Of a stretch of 64,000 nt of DNA, positions 1-8,175 are shown one piece after another. The translations under genes were made by a program, and so were the position numbers. The first letter of the stretch is position 1. Each line of letters begins with the position of its first letter. Location of the stretch: assembly GCA_963816185.1 (NCBI GenBank), contig CAWFJJ010000005.1, forward strand, positions 64,001 through 128,000, in the 5' to 3' direction. Below the pieces are notes generated by a model that was not told the DNA's origin, made no database searches, and worked only from the letters and a program-made list of their open reading frames with translations. This stretch comes from Thermoanaerobaculia bacterium (GTDB lineage: Bacteria > Acidobacteriota > Thermoanaerobaculia > UBA5066).

Positions 1-400
1 CGCGCCGCGCGAGGAGCGCGAAACCGCCGATGACCCCGGTACGGCGAAGCAGTGAGACCCCCGCGACGGTCGGATCCTCGAAGTGGCCGAGGAGCGACGC
101 CGCCCACTCGCCGTCGAGAACGATGACACCCGGGTCCAGGAGAAAGAGAACGTCGCACGGCCGCTCGAGCGCCGCCTGATAGAACTCGACCTCATCGAGG
201 GCCTCGAACGACGGGGCGAGAAACGTCGCGCCGGGGAAGAGTCTCGGCTCGAAGCCCTCGGGCGTCGCGTCGCGGAAGAGAACCACCTCTACGTCGGCCC
301 CGGCGCCTCGGAGCGCGGGGAGGAGATCCCGCGCCAGGGACCGGAACCACAGGCGCGCGAAGTCGGAATATCGGTGGGCCGCCGCGAGGACGACTCTCAA
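1..400 (-). CDS. Glycosyltransferase-like (GT-A fold?) protein, runs off the window edge
   Basis: Manual translation from TTG at 400, overlapping the upstream TGA: MRVVLAAAHRYSDFARLWFRSLARDLLPAL...CDVLFLLDPGVIVLDGEWAASLLGHFEDPTVAGVS. It resembles the GT-A DxD-region layout and is not in the ORF track. Confidence 0.5.
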   Translation of the reverse strand, partial: MRVVLAAAHRYSDFARLWFRSLARDLLPALRGAGADVEVVLFRDATPEGFEPRLFPGATFLAPSFEALDEVEFYQAALERPCDVLFLLDPGVIVLDGEWAASLLGHFEDPTVAGVSLLRRTGVIGGFALLARR

Positions 401-678
401 GGATGCACGGTGCGGGGATGGTACTTGCCGTCGGGGCCGAAACCGTTCTCCCAGTCGCCGCTCGTCCACGTACCGGCCAGCCACACGCCGCCCCAGAACA
501 CGCCGCCCAAGAACGCGCCGGACCGGAAGAGGCCGCCCATCATGACGCCGGCCTCGAATTCGCCGCCGTCCCAGGTGCAGTCAAGAAGGACGGCGCCGCG
601 GTTCACCGTGCCGCGACCGAACGTCTCGTTCCGGTAAACCTCGCCCTCGCCGAGGACGAGAACGGGCGCGTCGGACAT
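397..678 (-). CDS. Small (93 aa) Gly/aromatic pentapeptide-repeat protein
   Basis: ATG at 678 directly follows the amidohydrolase stop. Sequence MSDAPVLVLG...DCTWD GGEFE AGVMM GGLFR SGAFL GGVFW GGVWL AGTWT SGDWE NGFGP. Confidence 0.7.
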   Translation of the reverse strand: MSDAPVLVLGEGEVYRNETFGRGTVNRGAVLLDCTWDGGEFEAGVMMGGLFRSGAFLGGVFWGGVWLAGTWTSGDWENGFGPDGKYHPRTVHP

Positions 679-679
679 G

Positions 680-1759
680 TCACGCGATGATACGGCGAAG
701 GTCCGGCACGAGGCTGATCGCCGCCTCGGCGACGGAGGCGAGCGGAAGAGCCACACGCTTCGGAACGCCGCCCACGGTGAGCGCCTCGGACGGAACGCCC
801 GCCGCGTCGAAGATCCCCGCATGCCTGTCGTCCGCGAGGACCGGCCGCCCGTCCACGAGGACGAGCACGACGTTTCGCGGGGCCGCTTCGAGGACCGGCG
901 CGTCGAGCGCGACGACGTCCGCTCTCGCTCCGGGCTCGAGGGACGGCGGCGGAAGGAAGAGCCGCCTTCTCGCCGTGGCACCGACCGCCTGCAAAAGGCG
1001 TGAGTCGGTCAGGAAGCCGAGGGCGCGCGCGGCCCTCAGCTCGTCGAGCAGCGTTCCTTCGCCGCTCACGAGCGCGTCGGTCCCGAGGAGCACGTCGAGG
1101 CCGGATTCGAAGAGCGCCCGCGGGGCTGTCGACCCGTAGAGAAATCCGTTCGAGGTCGGGCACCACACGACGGCGCAGCCGGCCGCCGCGAGCCGCGCGA
1201 CTCCCTGAGGGCCGGCACCCACGAGGTGCACCGCGAGCAGCGCGTTCGAGAGAAGGCCGCGTGCCTCGGCCTCGTCCATCTCGGCCGCGGACGCCGCGTC
1301 CGTGCCCTCCGCGAGGTGGAGCGCCCAGGGAACCGAAGAGGGAGCGGCCTTTGCATCGCGCAGCGCGTCCACCGCCGGAATCCGCACGACCCGCACGGGA
1401 AAGTCCCGGTCGAATTCGACTTCCCACGGGTCGTGATGGACGACCGACGTCGCACCGCCGAGCACGTTCTTGAGCGCGCCGAAGAGAAGCGCATCGCGAC
1501 GCGGCAGCATGTGCCGCCGCGCGAGGTCTCCGGCGAAGCGCGCATGGAGGTCCGCGCCCCACGCGGCGACGCTCGGGTAGGGGGGCTCGCCGAGGCGTGG
1601 AAGGTGGTTACGGTGAAGATGATCGTGCGCGTTCACGAGCCCGGGTAAGAGCGCGGCACCTCCGAGATCGAGCGTGAAGTCTGCCGGTCCTTCCGCCGCC
1701 CGGAGTGTTCCTTGGGCGACGTCGCGCGTCGCGTTCCGCGCCTCGAGGCGCAGCCTCAT
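680..1759 (-). CDS. Amidohydrolase family metalloenzyme (deaminase-like)
   Basis: LLPGLVNAHDH, HLAEG, AVH and LGTD motifs. ATG at 1759 forms an ATGA overlap with the upstream stop. Confidence 0.85.
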   Translation of the reverse strand: MRLRLEARNATRDVAQGTLRAAEGPADFTLDLGGAALLPGLVNAHDHLHRNHLPRLGEPPYPSVAAWGADLHARFAGDLARRHMLPRRDALLFGALKNVLGGATSVVHHDPWEVEFDRDFPVRVVRIPAVDALRDAKAAPSSVPWALHLAEGTDAASAAEMDEAEARGLLSNALLAVHLVGAGPQGVARLAAAGCAVVWCPTSNGFLYGSTAPRALFESGLDVLLGTDALVSGEGTLLDELRAARALGFLTDSRLLQAVGATARRRLFLPPPSLEPGARADVVALDAPVLEAAPRNVVLVLVDGRPVLADDRHAGIFDAAGVPSEALTVGGVPKRVALPLASVAEAAISLVPDLRRIIA

Positions 1760-2442
1760 TTCGAGAAACGCAGCGCGAGGAGGAGCGGCAGGCCCACGTC
1801 CGCCATGTAACGGTCCAGCTTCTTCGCGCGCTCGTAGAAGGGTCGTACCTCCACGCCGACGCCGAGCGAGCCCGAGGCGTCGAAGGTGAGCCCCGCCTCG
1901 CGCGCGGCGGCCTCGTGGGCGTCCGCTTCGTGCACGACGTGCTCGACGACGTGCGCGGCTCCGGACGCGTCGCGAAACGCGCGCGCGTGCCCGCGGCGGA
2001 TGGCATCCGGGTGGAAATCCGTCACGACGGCGTACCCGCCCTTGCGGAGAACCCGCGCGAGCTCGCGGTACAGCGGCGCGATCTTCAGGAGGTGCCCGGC
2101 CGCGAGCCGGCACCACACGACGTCGAAGCCCCCGGCGGCGAAGGGCAGCGCCCGGACGTCGCCGCCCGCGGTCGTGCGCGGCCGCGCCGGGTCGCGGCGG
2201 CCGGCCGCCAGCATCTCGAAGACGAGGTCCACCCCGCAGGCGCTCTTCGGAGCGTGCCCTTCCGGGAAGACGAGACGGCGCGCGGTGCCGCAGGCCGCGT
2301 CGAGAAGCCGCTTTCCCTCGATGTCGTGCGAGAAGAACCGGACTGCGAGCGAGTCCATCGTCGTGAGCGGGTTTTCCACGTCGTATGTCGCGGCCCAGAG
2401 CCGGTACGCCGGGCCCGTCTCGAGGGGCGGCTCTGCGCTCAC
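1756..2442 (-). CDS. Class I SAM-dependent methyltransferase (BioC-like)
   Basis: AYRLWAATYD, LLDAACGTAR, LPFAAGGFDVV, ELARVLRKGG, TDFHP. GTG start overlaps the upstream TGA. Confidence 0.85.
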   Translation of the reverse strand: MSAEPPLETGPAYRLWAATYDVENPLTTMDSLAVRFFSHDIEGKRLLDAACGTARRLVFPEGHAPKSACGVDLVFEMLAAGRRDPARPRTTAGGDVRALPFAAGGFDVVWCRLAAGHLLKIAPLYRELARVLRKGGYAVVTDFHPDAIRRGHARAFRDASGAAHVVEHVVHEADAHEAAAREAGLTFDASGSLGVGVEVRPFYERAKKLDRYMADVGLPLLLALRFSK

Positions 2443-3806
2443 GCGGGCGGCCTCAGGTGTCCGTAAGCCTGTGAGTCCGAAGGCACGAGTCCACCCTTGA
2501 GCCGTCGCGCGAAGTCTTCCACACGCCCCTTGAGAGAGCGTGAGAGCCACGGCACATGCGGGTCCTCGTGCGTCATCCAACCGCTCCACTCCGGCGTCGT
2601 CCACTCCTCGAGGGTCGCGGGCGTCGTGGAGAGCGGGTCGACGTTTCCATAGGTGCCGCGACGCTGCGGCGTGGGCGTATAGAAATAGGTGATGAGCTTC
2701 ATGTCCGGATTCACGGCGGCCAGCTTCTCCACGAACGCGAGCGTGGTCTCGACGTCCCGCTCCGGGTCGTCGGGATCGCCGAACATGAAGGAAAACTCCG
2801 GCACGACGCCGAAGCGGCGGGCCTTCTCCGCGAGGGCGAGCGTCTGAGCCGTCGTGAGGTTCTTCGACATCTTCTTCAGGGTCTCGTCGGAGCCCGATTC
2901 GGCCCCGAAGTAGGCCATCGTGAGGCCGGAGCGCCGGAGAGTCTCCCACGTGCGGTCGGGGAATCGCAGCATCACGTCGATCCGGGCCTCGCACCACCAT
3001 TTCAGCCCGAGCGGCGTCATCCTCTCGGCGAGCTCCTCGGCGCGCCCCTCCTTGAGAAAGAAATTGTTGTCGTAGAAATGCACCGCGTCCATGCCGTGGC
3101 TCTTCACGAGATAGGCGAGGTTCGCCTCGGTCCGGGCGGGCGATTCGAATTTCTGCAGGCTTCCGAGCGCCGCGATGACGCCGCAGAAGTTGCAGGTGTA
3201 CGAACAACCGATCGAGGCCTGGTAGACGCCGTTTCGCCTCCCGAACGCGGTCGGATGGAGATAGTCGTCGACGTCGATCCGGTTCCAGGGCAGCGCCGGG
3301 AACGCGTCGGGTCCCTCCCAGGCCCGTTCCGCGTTGACGCGCGCCGCGCCGCCGTCCTTCCAGCCGAGGCCTTTGACGGCGGCGGGATCGAGGCGTCCGG
3401 CCAGAACGTCGAGAAGCTCGACGAGCGTGCGTTCTCCCTGGCCGCGCACGAGGAAGTCCACGTACGGCGCGCGCAGCACGGGTGCGGGGTAGAGACTCGG
3501 GAAGTAGCCGCCCCACACGATGGGGAGCGTCGGGAAGCGCTCTTTGAGGCGGCGTGCGAGCGGAACGGCCGAGACGAGCTGAGGGCCCGGCATGACCGTC
3601 ATCGCGATGAGCGTGACGGGATCTTCCGTGAGCGCGCGCATCCCGACCCGCGTGGCGACCTCCGCCTCGAGGTCGGCGTCCGGCGGGTTTCCGTCGAGGA
3701 TCTCCCACGAAACGCCGGGGGGCAGCGCCGCGCCGAGCGCGAGGAGAGAGAGCGGGAAGCGCCGGTTCTTCGGACGCGTCGCGCGCGGGTTGAGGAAGAG
3801 GATCAC
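2439..3806 (-). CDS. B12-binding domain radical SAM protein
   Basis: N-terminal cobalamin-binding region (PLSLLAL...VWGGYFPS...VRGQGE), CSYTCNFC motif, FYDNNF and GAESGS. Confidence 0.9.
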   Translation of the reverse strand: MILFLNPRATRPKNRRFPLSLLALGAALPPGVSWEILDGNPPDADLEAEVATRVGMRALTEDPVTLIAMTVMPGPQLVSAVPLARRLKERFPTLPIVWGGYFPSLYPAPVLRAPYVDFLVRGQGERTLVELLDVLAGRLDPAAVKGLGWKDGGAARVNAERAWEGPDAFPALPWNRIDVDDYLHPTAFGRRNGVYQASIGCSYTCNFCGVIAALGSLQKFESPARTEANLAYLVKSHGMDAVHFYDNNFFLKEGRAEELAERMTPLGLKWWCEARIDVMLRFPDRTWETLRRSGLTMAYFGAESGSDETLKKMSKNLTTAQTLALAEKARRFGVVPEFSFMFGDPDDPERDVETTLAFVEKLAAVNPDMKLITYFYTPTPQRRGTYGNVDPLSTTPATLEEWTTPEWSGWMTHEDPHVPWLSRSLKGRVEDFARRLKGGLVPSDSQAYGHLRPPA

Positions 3807-3813
3807 GCGCGCC

Positions 3814-4623
3814 TCACGCTCTCCGTGCGATCCACAAATCGAAGCGCGAAGGCTCTCGCCTCCCGAGGAGCCGCGCCTTGACGCCCCGCATCTCGTACGA
3901 GAGGGGATAGAGGACGCGGCTCTTCCGGAACGACAGGCCTGCGGACGCCGCGGCGCGCTCGAGTCTTTCGGGCGTGAGGTATTCGATCGGAGTCAGCGCG
4001 AGGAGGTCCCCCGCGAGCTCGCGAAATTTCCGTGCGGTGTCGCGCCGCTTCTCCTCGGCCATGGCGTCCCCCGACGCGCGCCGCGCGTAAAAAGGGGAGT
4101 CGAGTATAGCCACGCGCCCACCCGCCGCCATCGTGCGCGCCGCCTCGGCGAGAGCGCTCTCGAGATCCTCGGCGAGGTGAAGAGCGGCGTTGAAGACGAT
4201 GAGGTCGAAGAGAGCGTCCGAAAAAGGCAGCCCGTCGAACGACGCGCAAACGCGTCCGAACATGCGCGGCAGATGCCGCCGGAACGCGGCCCCCGCGGCG
4301 AGGCCGTCCACGTCGTCGACGCGCAGGTCGAGGGCGACACACCGGTGCCCGTCGCGCGCGAGGCGCGCGCAGAGCCAGCCATTGCCCGCGCCGAGGTCGA
4401 GAACCGAGAGCCCTCTGGCGCGCTCCTGGACGAGCGGACCGACGACGCGCGCTTTCAGGGCGTCGAACGTGCGGGCCCTGACCGCCCATTGGCTGGCGAG
4501 AGGGCCGGCGGTCAGATACGGCAGCTCGAGGAGCTCGGCTTCTCCGCCCGCGCCACGTCCCTCCGTCCGGCGGAGACGCGCGTAGGCGCGCGCCCATCGC
4601 CGGCGGGGAGGCTCGGCGGTCAT
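3814..4623 (-). CDS. Class I SAM-dependent methyltransferase
   Basis: VLDLGAGNGW, LPFSDALFDLIVFNAALH. ATG at 4623 forms an ATGA overlap. Confidence 0.85.
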   Translation of the reverse strand: MTAEPPRRRWARAYARLRRTEGRGAGGEAELLELPYLTAGPLASQWAVRARTFDALKARVVGPLVQERARGLSVLDLGAGNGWLCARLARDGHRCVALDLRVDDVDGLAAGAAFRRHLPRMFGRVCASFDGLPFSDALFDLIVFNAALHLAEDLESALAEAARTMAAGGRVAILDSPFYARRASGDAMAEEKRRDTARKFRELAGDLLALTPIEYLTPERLERAAASAGLSFRKSRVLYPLSYEMRGVKARLLGRREPSRFDLWIARRA

Positions 4624-5450
4624 GCGGGAACGGCCGTTCGCTCGAAGTCGCAGAGCACGTGGTCGCCGAGAAAGGCGAGCGGCCGCGCGGCCAGCCGGTC
4701 GAGGCGTTCGAGCGCGCCGAGGAGGCGCGGAAAGCGCGACACGGCGGGCTCGGCGGAGCTGGGCGGAACGAAGATCCCCACGCCGCGCGTTCCGCGGAGG
4801 CGGAACCACGGCTTGAACGCACGGGCGAGCGTTCCCGGCGAGGGATACGTCACGGTGAACGACTCGCCGCCTACGCGCGCCGGTGCGGGAGAACGCGCGA
4901 GCCTCCGGAATGCCGCCCGCACCTCCCCCCGCGCCAGGAGAACGAGGATCTCGCCGGGGCAACACGGCCCGAAGACGACGAGAAGAGCGCGCCGTCCCGG
5001 GAGAAGGAGGCGCGCAAGGCCGTGCGCCACGGAGGCGTGGTCCGTCACGCAGTTCAGGGCCGCGAAGTTCGAGAACGCGCCGTCGACGCTCGTGCCTTTG
5101 CGCGCAGCCGCCCACGCGTCGACCTCCTCGAGCGAGACGCGTTCCGCCGCGACGCGATCTGCGAGGCGCGCCGCGCGCGCCTTCTCCGCGGTGCGCGCCA
5201 CCATCGCAGGGGCTCCGTCCGTGACGAGGACGCGGCGGCCGCGCTCCGCGAGAAAAAGCGCGTCGTCCCCGGTGCCGCCTCCCAGCTCGATCAGCGAGGC
5301 GCCCTGAGGGAAGGTCTTGAGGAGAGCGGTTCGGACGGCACGCCTCTGCGCGGCGACGCTCTTCCAGCCGGCGAACCGCTCGTCGAAGAGTGGCGCGAGC
5401 GCGTCGAAGGCGCGGACCGCGGGGGACAGAGTCGCCGCGTCGCCGGTCAC
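4620..5450 (-). CDS. Class I SAM-dependent methyltransferase
   Basis: AFDALAPLFDERF, LIELGGGTGDDA, DGAFSNFAALNC. GTG start overlaps the upstream TGA. Confidence 0.85.
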   Translation of the reverse strand: MTGDAATLSPAVRAFDALAPLFDERFAGWKSVAAQRRAVRTALLKTFPQGASLIELGGGTGDDALFLAERGRRVLVTDGAPAMVARTAEKARAARLADRVAAERVSLEEVDAWAAARKGTSVDGAFSNFAALNCVTDHASVAHGLARLLLPGRRALLVVFGPCCPGEILVLLARGEVRAAFRRLARSPAPARVGGESFTVTYPSPGTLARAFKPWFRLRGTRGVGIFVPPSSAEPAVSRFPRLLGALERLDRLAARPLAFLGDHVLCDFERTAVPA

Positions 5451-6922
5451 GCGCTTGCGAGTCGGAGCGGATGCATGGAAGGCTTTTCGGTCCGGAAACC
5501 GGCTTCGGTCGCGGCCAGCTCGGCCCAAGCCTTGTCGAACGTCAGTCCGGCCTCGGCTGCCGCGTTGCCGCCGCCCGCGAACGCGGCGACCTCCTCGTGC
5601 AGGAGGTCGCGCACGCGACGGTAGAACGTGCTCTCGTACGTGCCGCGGAACATCATCGCGAGGTCGTCGCTGTCGCTCCAGTTCGACCGCCCGCCGAGCT
5701 GGGCCTTCACACGTTCGTAGAACAGCGTGCCCGGCAGCGGATAGGAGACCGAGACGCCCACGTCGGCGGGACGCTCCTGAAGGACGAGAGCGCGCGTCGC
5801 GACGAGGTCCTCCCACGTTTCGCCCGGGTAGCCGAGCTGCAGGAACCACGCGGGGCGGATCCCATGCGACCTGAGAAGGCGGGTCGCCAGGCGCACCTGA
5901 GAGAGGCGCGTGCCCTTGTCCATGGCGTCGAGGATCTTCTGCGCGCCCGACTCCACTCCCATCCAGACCTCCTCGGCCCCCGCGCGGGCGAGCGCGGCGA
6001 CGGCGGACGGCGTCATGAGGTCCACGCGCGACTGCATCGTGAACGGCACGCGCACCCCCTCTTTCGCGAGGGCCTCGGCGTAGGATTCGATCCAGCGCGG
6101 CGTCAGGCCGAAGATGTCGTCGGCAAACCAGAGATGGTCCGGGCGAACGCTCTCTACGAGAAGGCGCACCTCGCGTGCGACGTTCGCGGGGCTTCGCTGG
6201 GCGTAGCGCGTGCCGTACAGCGGCTTCGCGCACCAGTTGCAGTGAAACGGACACCCGCGCGTCGTCACGACGTTCCACGAAAGGCGGCCATGAACCCGCG
6301 ACCATGCCACCCGGTAGATCTCCGCATCGACGAGGTCCCACGCCGGAAACGGAAGCGCGTCGAGGTCTTCCACGAACGGGCGTACCGCCGTCTTTCGCGG
6401 CAAGGGCGTGGCCGCGGACGCGGGGCCTTCGAGCGCGAGCCCCGCGATGCCGTCGAGCGGCGCCTCGGAATCCGCGGCCCACGCGGTCGCGAGCGCGGTG
6501 AACGTGACCTCCGGCTCGCCGAGGATCACGGCATCCGCCCCCGCGGCGAGGTAGAGAGACGCGTGGTCGGTCGCGTCCGACCCGTTCACGGCGACGCGGC
6601 GCGAGCGCGCGTGGGCCGCGGCCACCATCGAGAGCGCCGCCTCGCGGTTCCGCGTCGTGCACATCTTCGTGAGGAAGTTGAAGTTGTCCTCGAGAATCCC
6701 GACGATCGCGGCATCCGAGGCCTCGAGGGCGAGCTCGAACTCGGCCTCGCTCGGCGCGAGCATCGCGTCGAACAGCTCCACGTCGAAGCCGTGCTCACGC
6801 AGGACCGACGCGACGAGGAGCGTCGCGAGCGGCGGATAGGGTTTCATCTTCCGCCACTGCTTGGCGTCGTGCGCGAGGTAGTAGGAATGCGCAAGGAGGA
6901 CCTTCGTCCGGGCTCCGCTCAT
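5447..6922 (-). CDS. B12-binding domain radical SAM protein
   Basis: PYPPLATL B12-domain start, RGCPFHCNWC motif, FADDIF, GVESGAQKIL, GYPGET. Confidence 0.9.
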   Translation of the reverse strand: MSGARTKVLLAHSYYLAHDAKQWRKMKPYPPLATLLVASVLREHGFDVELFDAMLAPSEAEFELALEASDAAIVGILEDNFNFLTKMCTTRNREAALSMVAAAHARSRRVAVNGSDATDHASLYLAAGADAVILGEPEVTFTALATAWAADSEAPLDGIAGLALEGPASAATPLPRKTAVRPFVEDLDALPFPAWDLVDAEIYRVAWSRVHGRLSWNVVTTRGCPFHCNWCAKPLYGTRYAQRSPANVAREVRLLVESVRPDHLWFADDIFGLTPRWIESYAEALAKEGVRVPFTMQSRVDLMTPSAVAALARAGAEEVWMGVESGAQKILDAMDKGTRLSQVRLATRLLRSHGIRPAWFLQLGYPGETWEDLVATRALVLQERPADVGVSVSYPLPGTLFYERVKAQLGGRSNWSDSDDLAMMFRGTYESTFYRRVRDLLHEEVAAFAGGGNAAAEAGLTFDKAWAELAATEAGFRTEKPSMHPLRLASA

Positions 6923-6979
6923 CGCGACTGAGACTAAGTCGGGCCGTCTTCAAATTCTGTGACGTGGGTTCCAATATCG

Positions 6980-8036
6980 TTACGTGACGAGACTCTTCAA
7001 CAAGGCGACGGCGCCTTGAAGATCGGAGGCGCCCTCCAGGCGCGAGCCGCCCGCGTCGGCCCAGGCGCGCGCGATGGCGCCGGCGCCGCCGTCGACGTGC
7101 TCCTGGGGGATTTCGCCTTTCGTGAATTCCTCGAGAAATCCCGAGGGGGAAAGCGGGACGAGCCGCGCGGGCCCGGGCTCGCGTGGCCCGAGAAGCACCG
7201 TCGAGACGCGGCGGGCGGCGCGCGCCTCGGGGCTCGAGGAAGCGAAAAGATCGATGCGGCGCTTCTCCTCGCCGCCCGAGAACGCGGCCTCCGTGCGCGA
7301 AAGGAGTCCGAGGAGCGCCGCGCTGTCCTCGCGCAGCGTCAGCTCTCGAACCGACGAGGCGAGATCGTCCGGATCGACACGCGAGACGAAGAGGCTCTCG
7401 TCGCCGAGCACCTCGAGGCCGGCGAGATGCGCGGCGGCCACGAGCGTGGACTTTCCGGCACCCCCGCCTCCGCGCACCACGACTGCCCCCTTCGGACCCT
7501 GCGACCGCGCCGGCGTGAAGCGCCCGCCAGCCCCGGCGGGCGAGAAGGACGGCGGCAGGCGCCTCGAGGACCGTGCGGGCGAGGAAGGACCTCAACGAAG
7601 AAGAAAGAGAAGGATGAAGAAAGGAGCGAGGAGAGAAAGAAAGAGATTTCTTGGAAAAGGAGAGAAGAAGCTCGGGAGCGAGGCCCGCGTGGATTCCGGC
7701 GGTCAGGAGGTCGATGCGGACGTCGAGGACGCCGGGAACCTCGCAGCGAAATTCCGCCGGCTCGTGCACCCAGCGCAGTTCTTCTTCGAATGAGACTGTG
7801 GAGGTGGCGGCTTTGCGCCGCGGCGAGTCGGGTGCCGCCGCGCCGTCCTCCTTCGCGCCTTCTAAGAAATCTTTGTCCTCCGCGTGCGCCACCTCGATCG
7901 CGATCGCGTCGCCCGCGTCACCCGCGGGAGCCGGCGCCCAGAGTTTCTCCGCCAGCTCGAAGACGAGAGGCTCGCTCGCGGTGAGCGCCACGAGATCCCC
8001 GGGCGGGGCAAAGAGACGCGTCGTCAGGTCCGCCAC
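6980..8036 (-). pseudogene. HprK-related P-loop kinase, split by a single-base frameshift near 7497 (possibly an assembly error)
   Basis: Frame 1 ends ...WRALHAGAVAG. Removing one G gives ...GPKGAVVVRGGGGAGKSTL...EVLGDE, the HprK-like H + Walker A + DD/DE layout. Confidence 0.7.
7780..7870. repeat. Copy of inverted-repeat element, in-frame inside the kinase gene
   Basis: CCTTCTAAGAAATC at 7858-7871 is identical to 48698-48711. Degenerate left arm TCTTCTTCGAATG at 7780-7792. Confidence 0.55.
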
Positions 8037-8175
8037 GCCGCGCAGCTTGCCACGGTGGTGCCTAATGCGGCAGGAGTCCGGCTCGGAGCATGCGCGGACC
8101 GTTCCGCCTGAAGGCGTAACTCTATTGGCATTTCGCGCGTCATACGAGGATGCTTTCGGCTCCGGAGGTTCTCCG

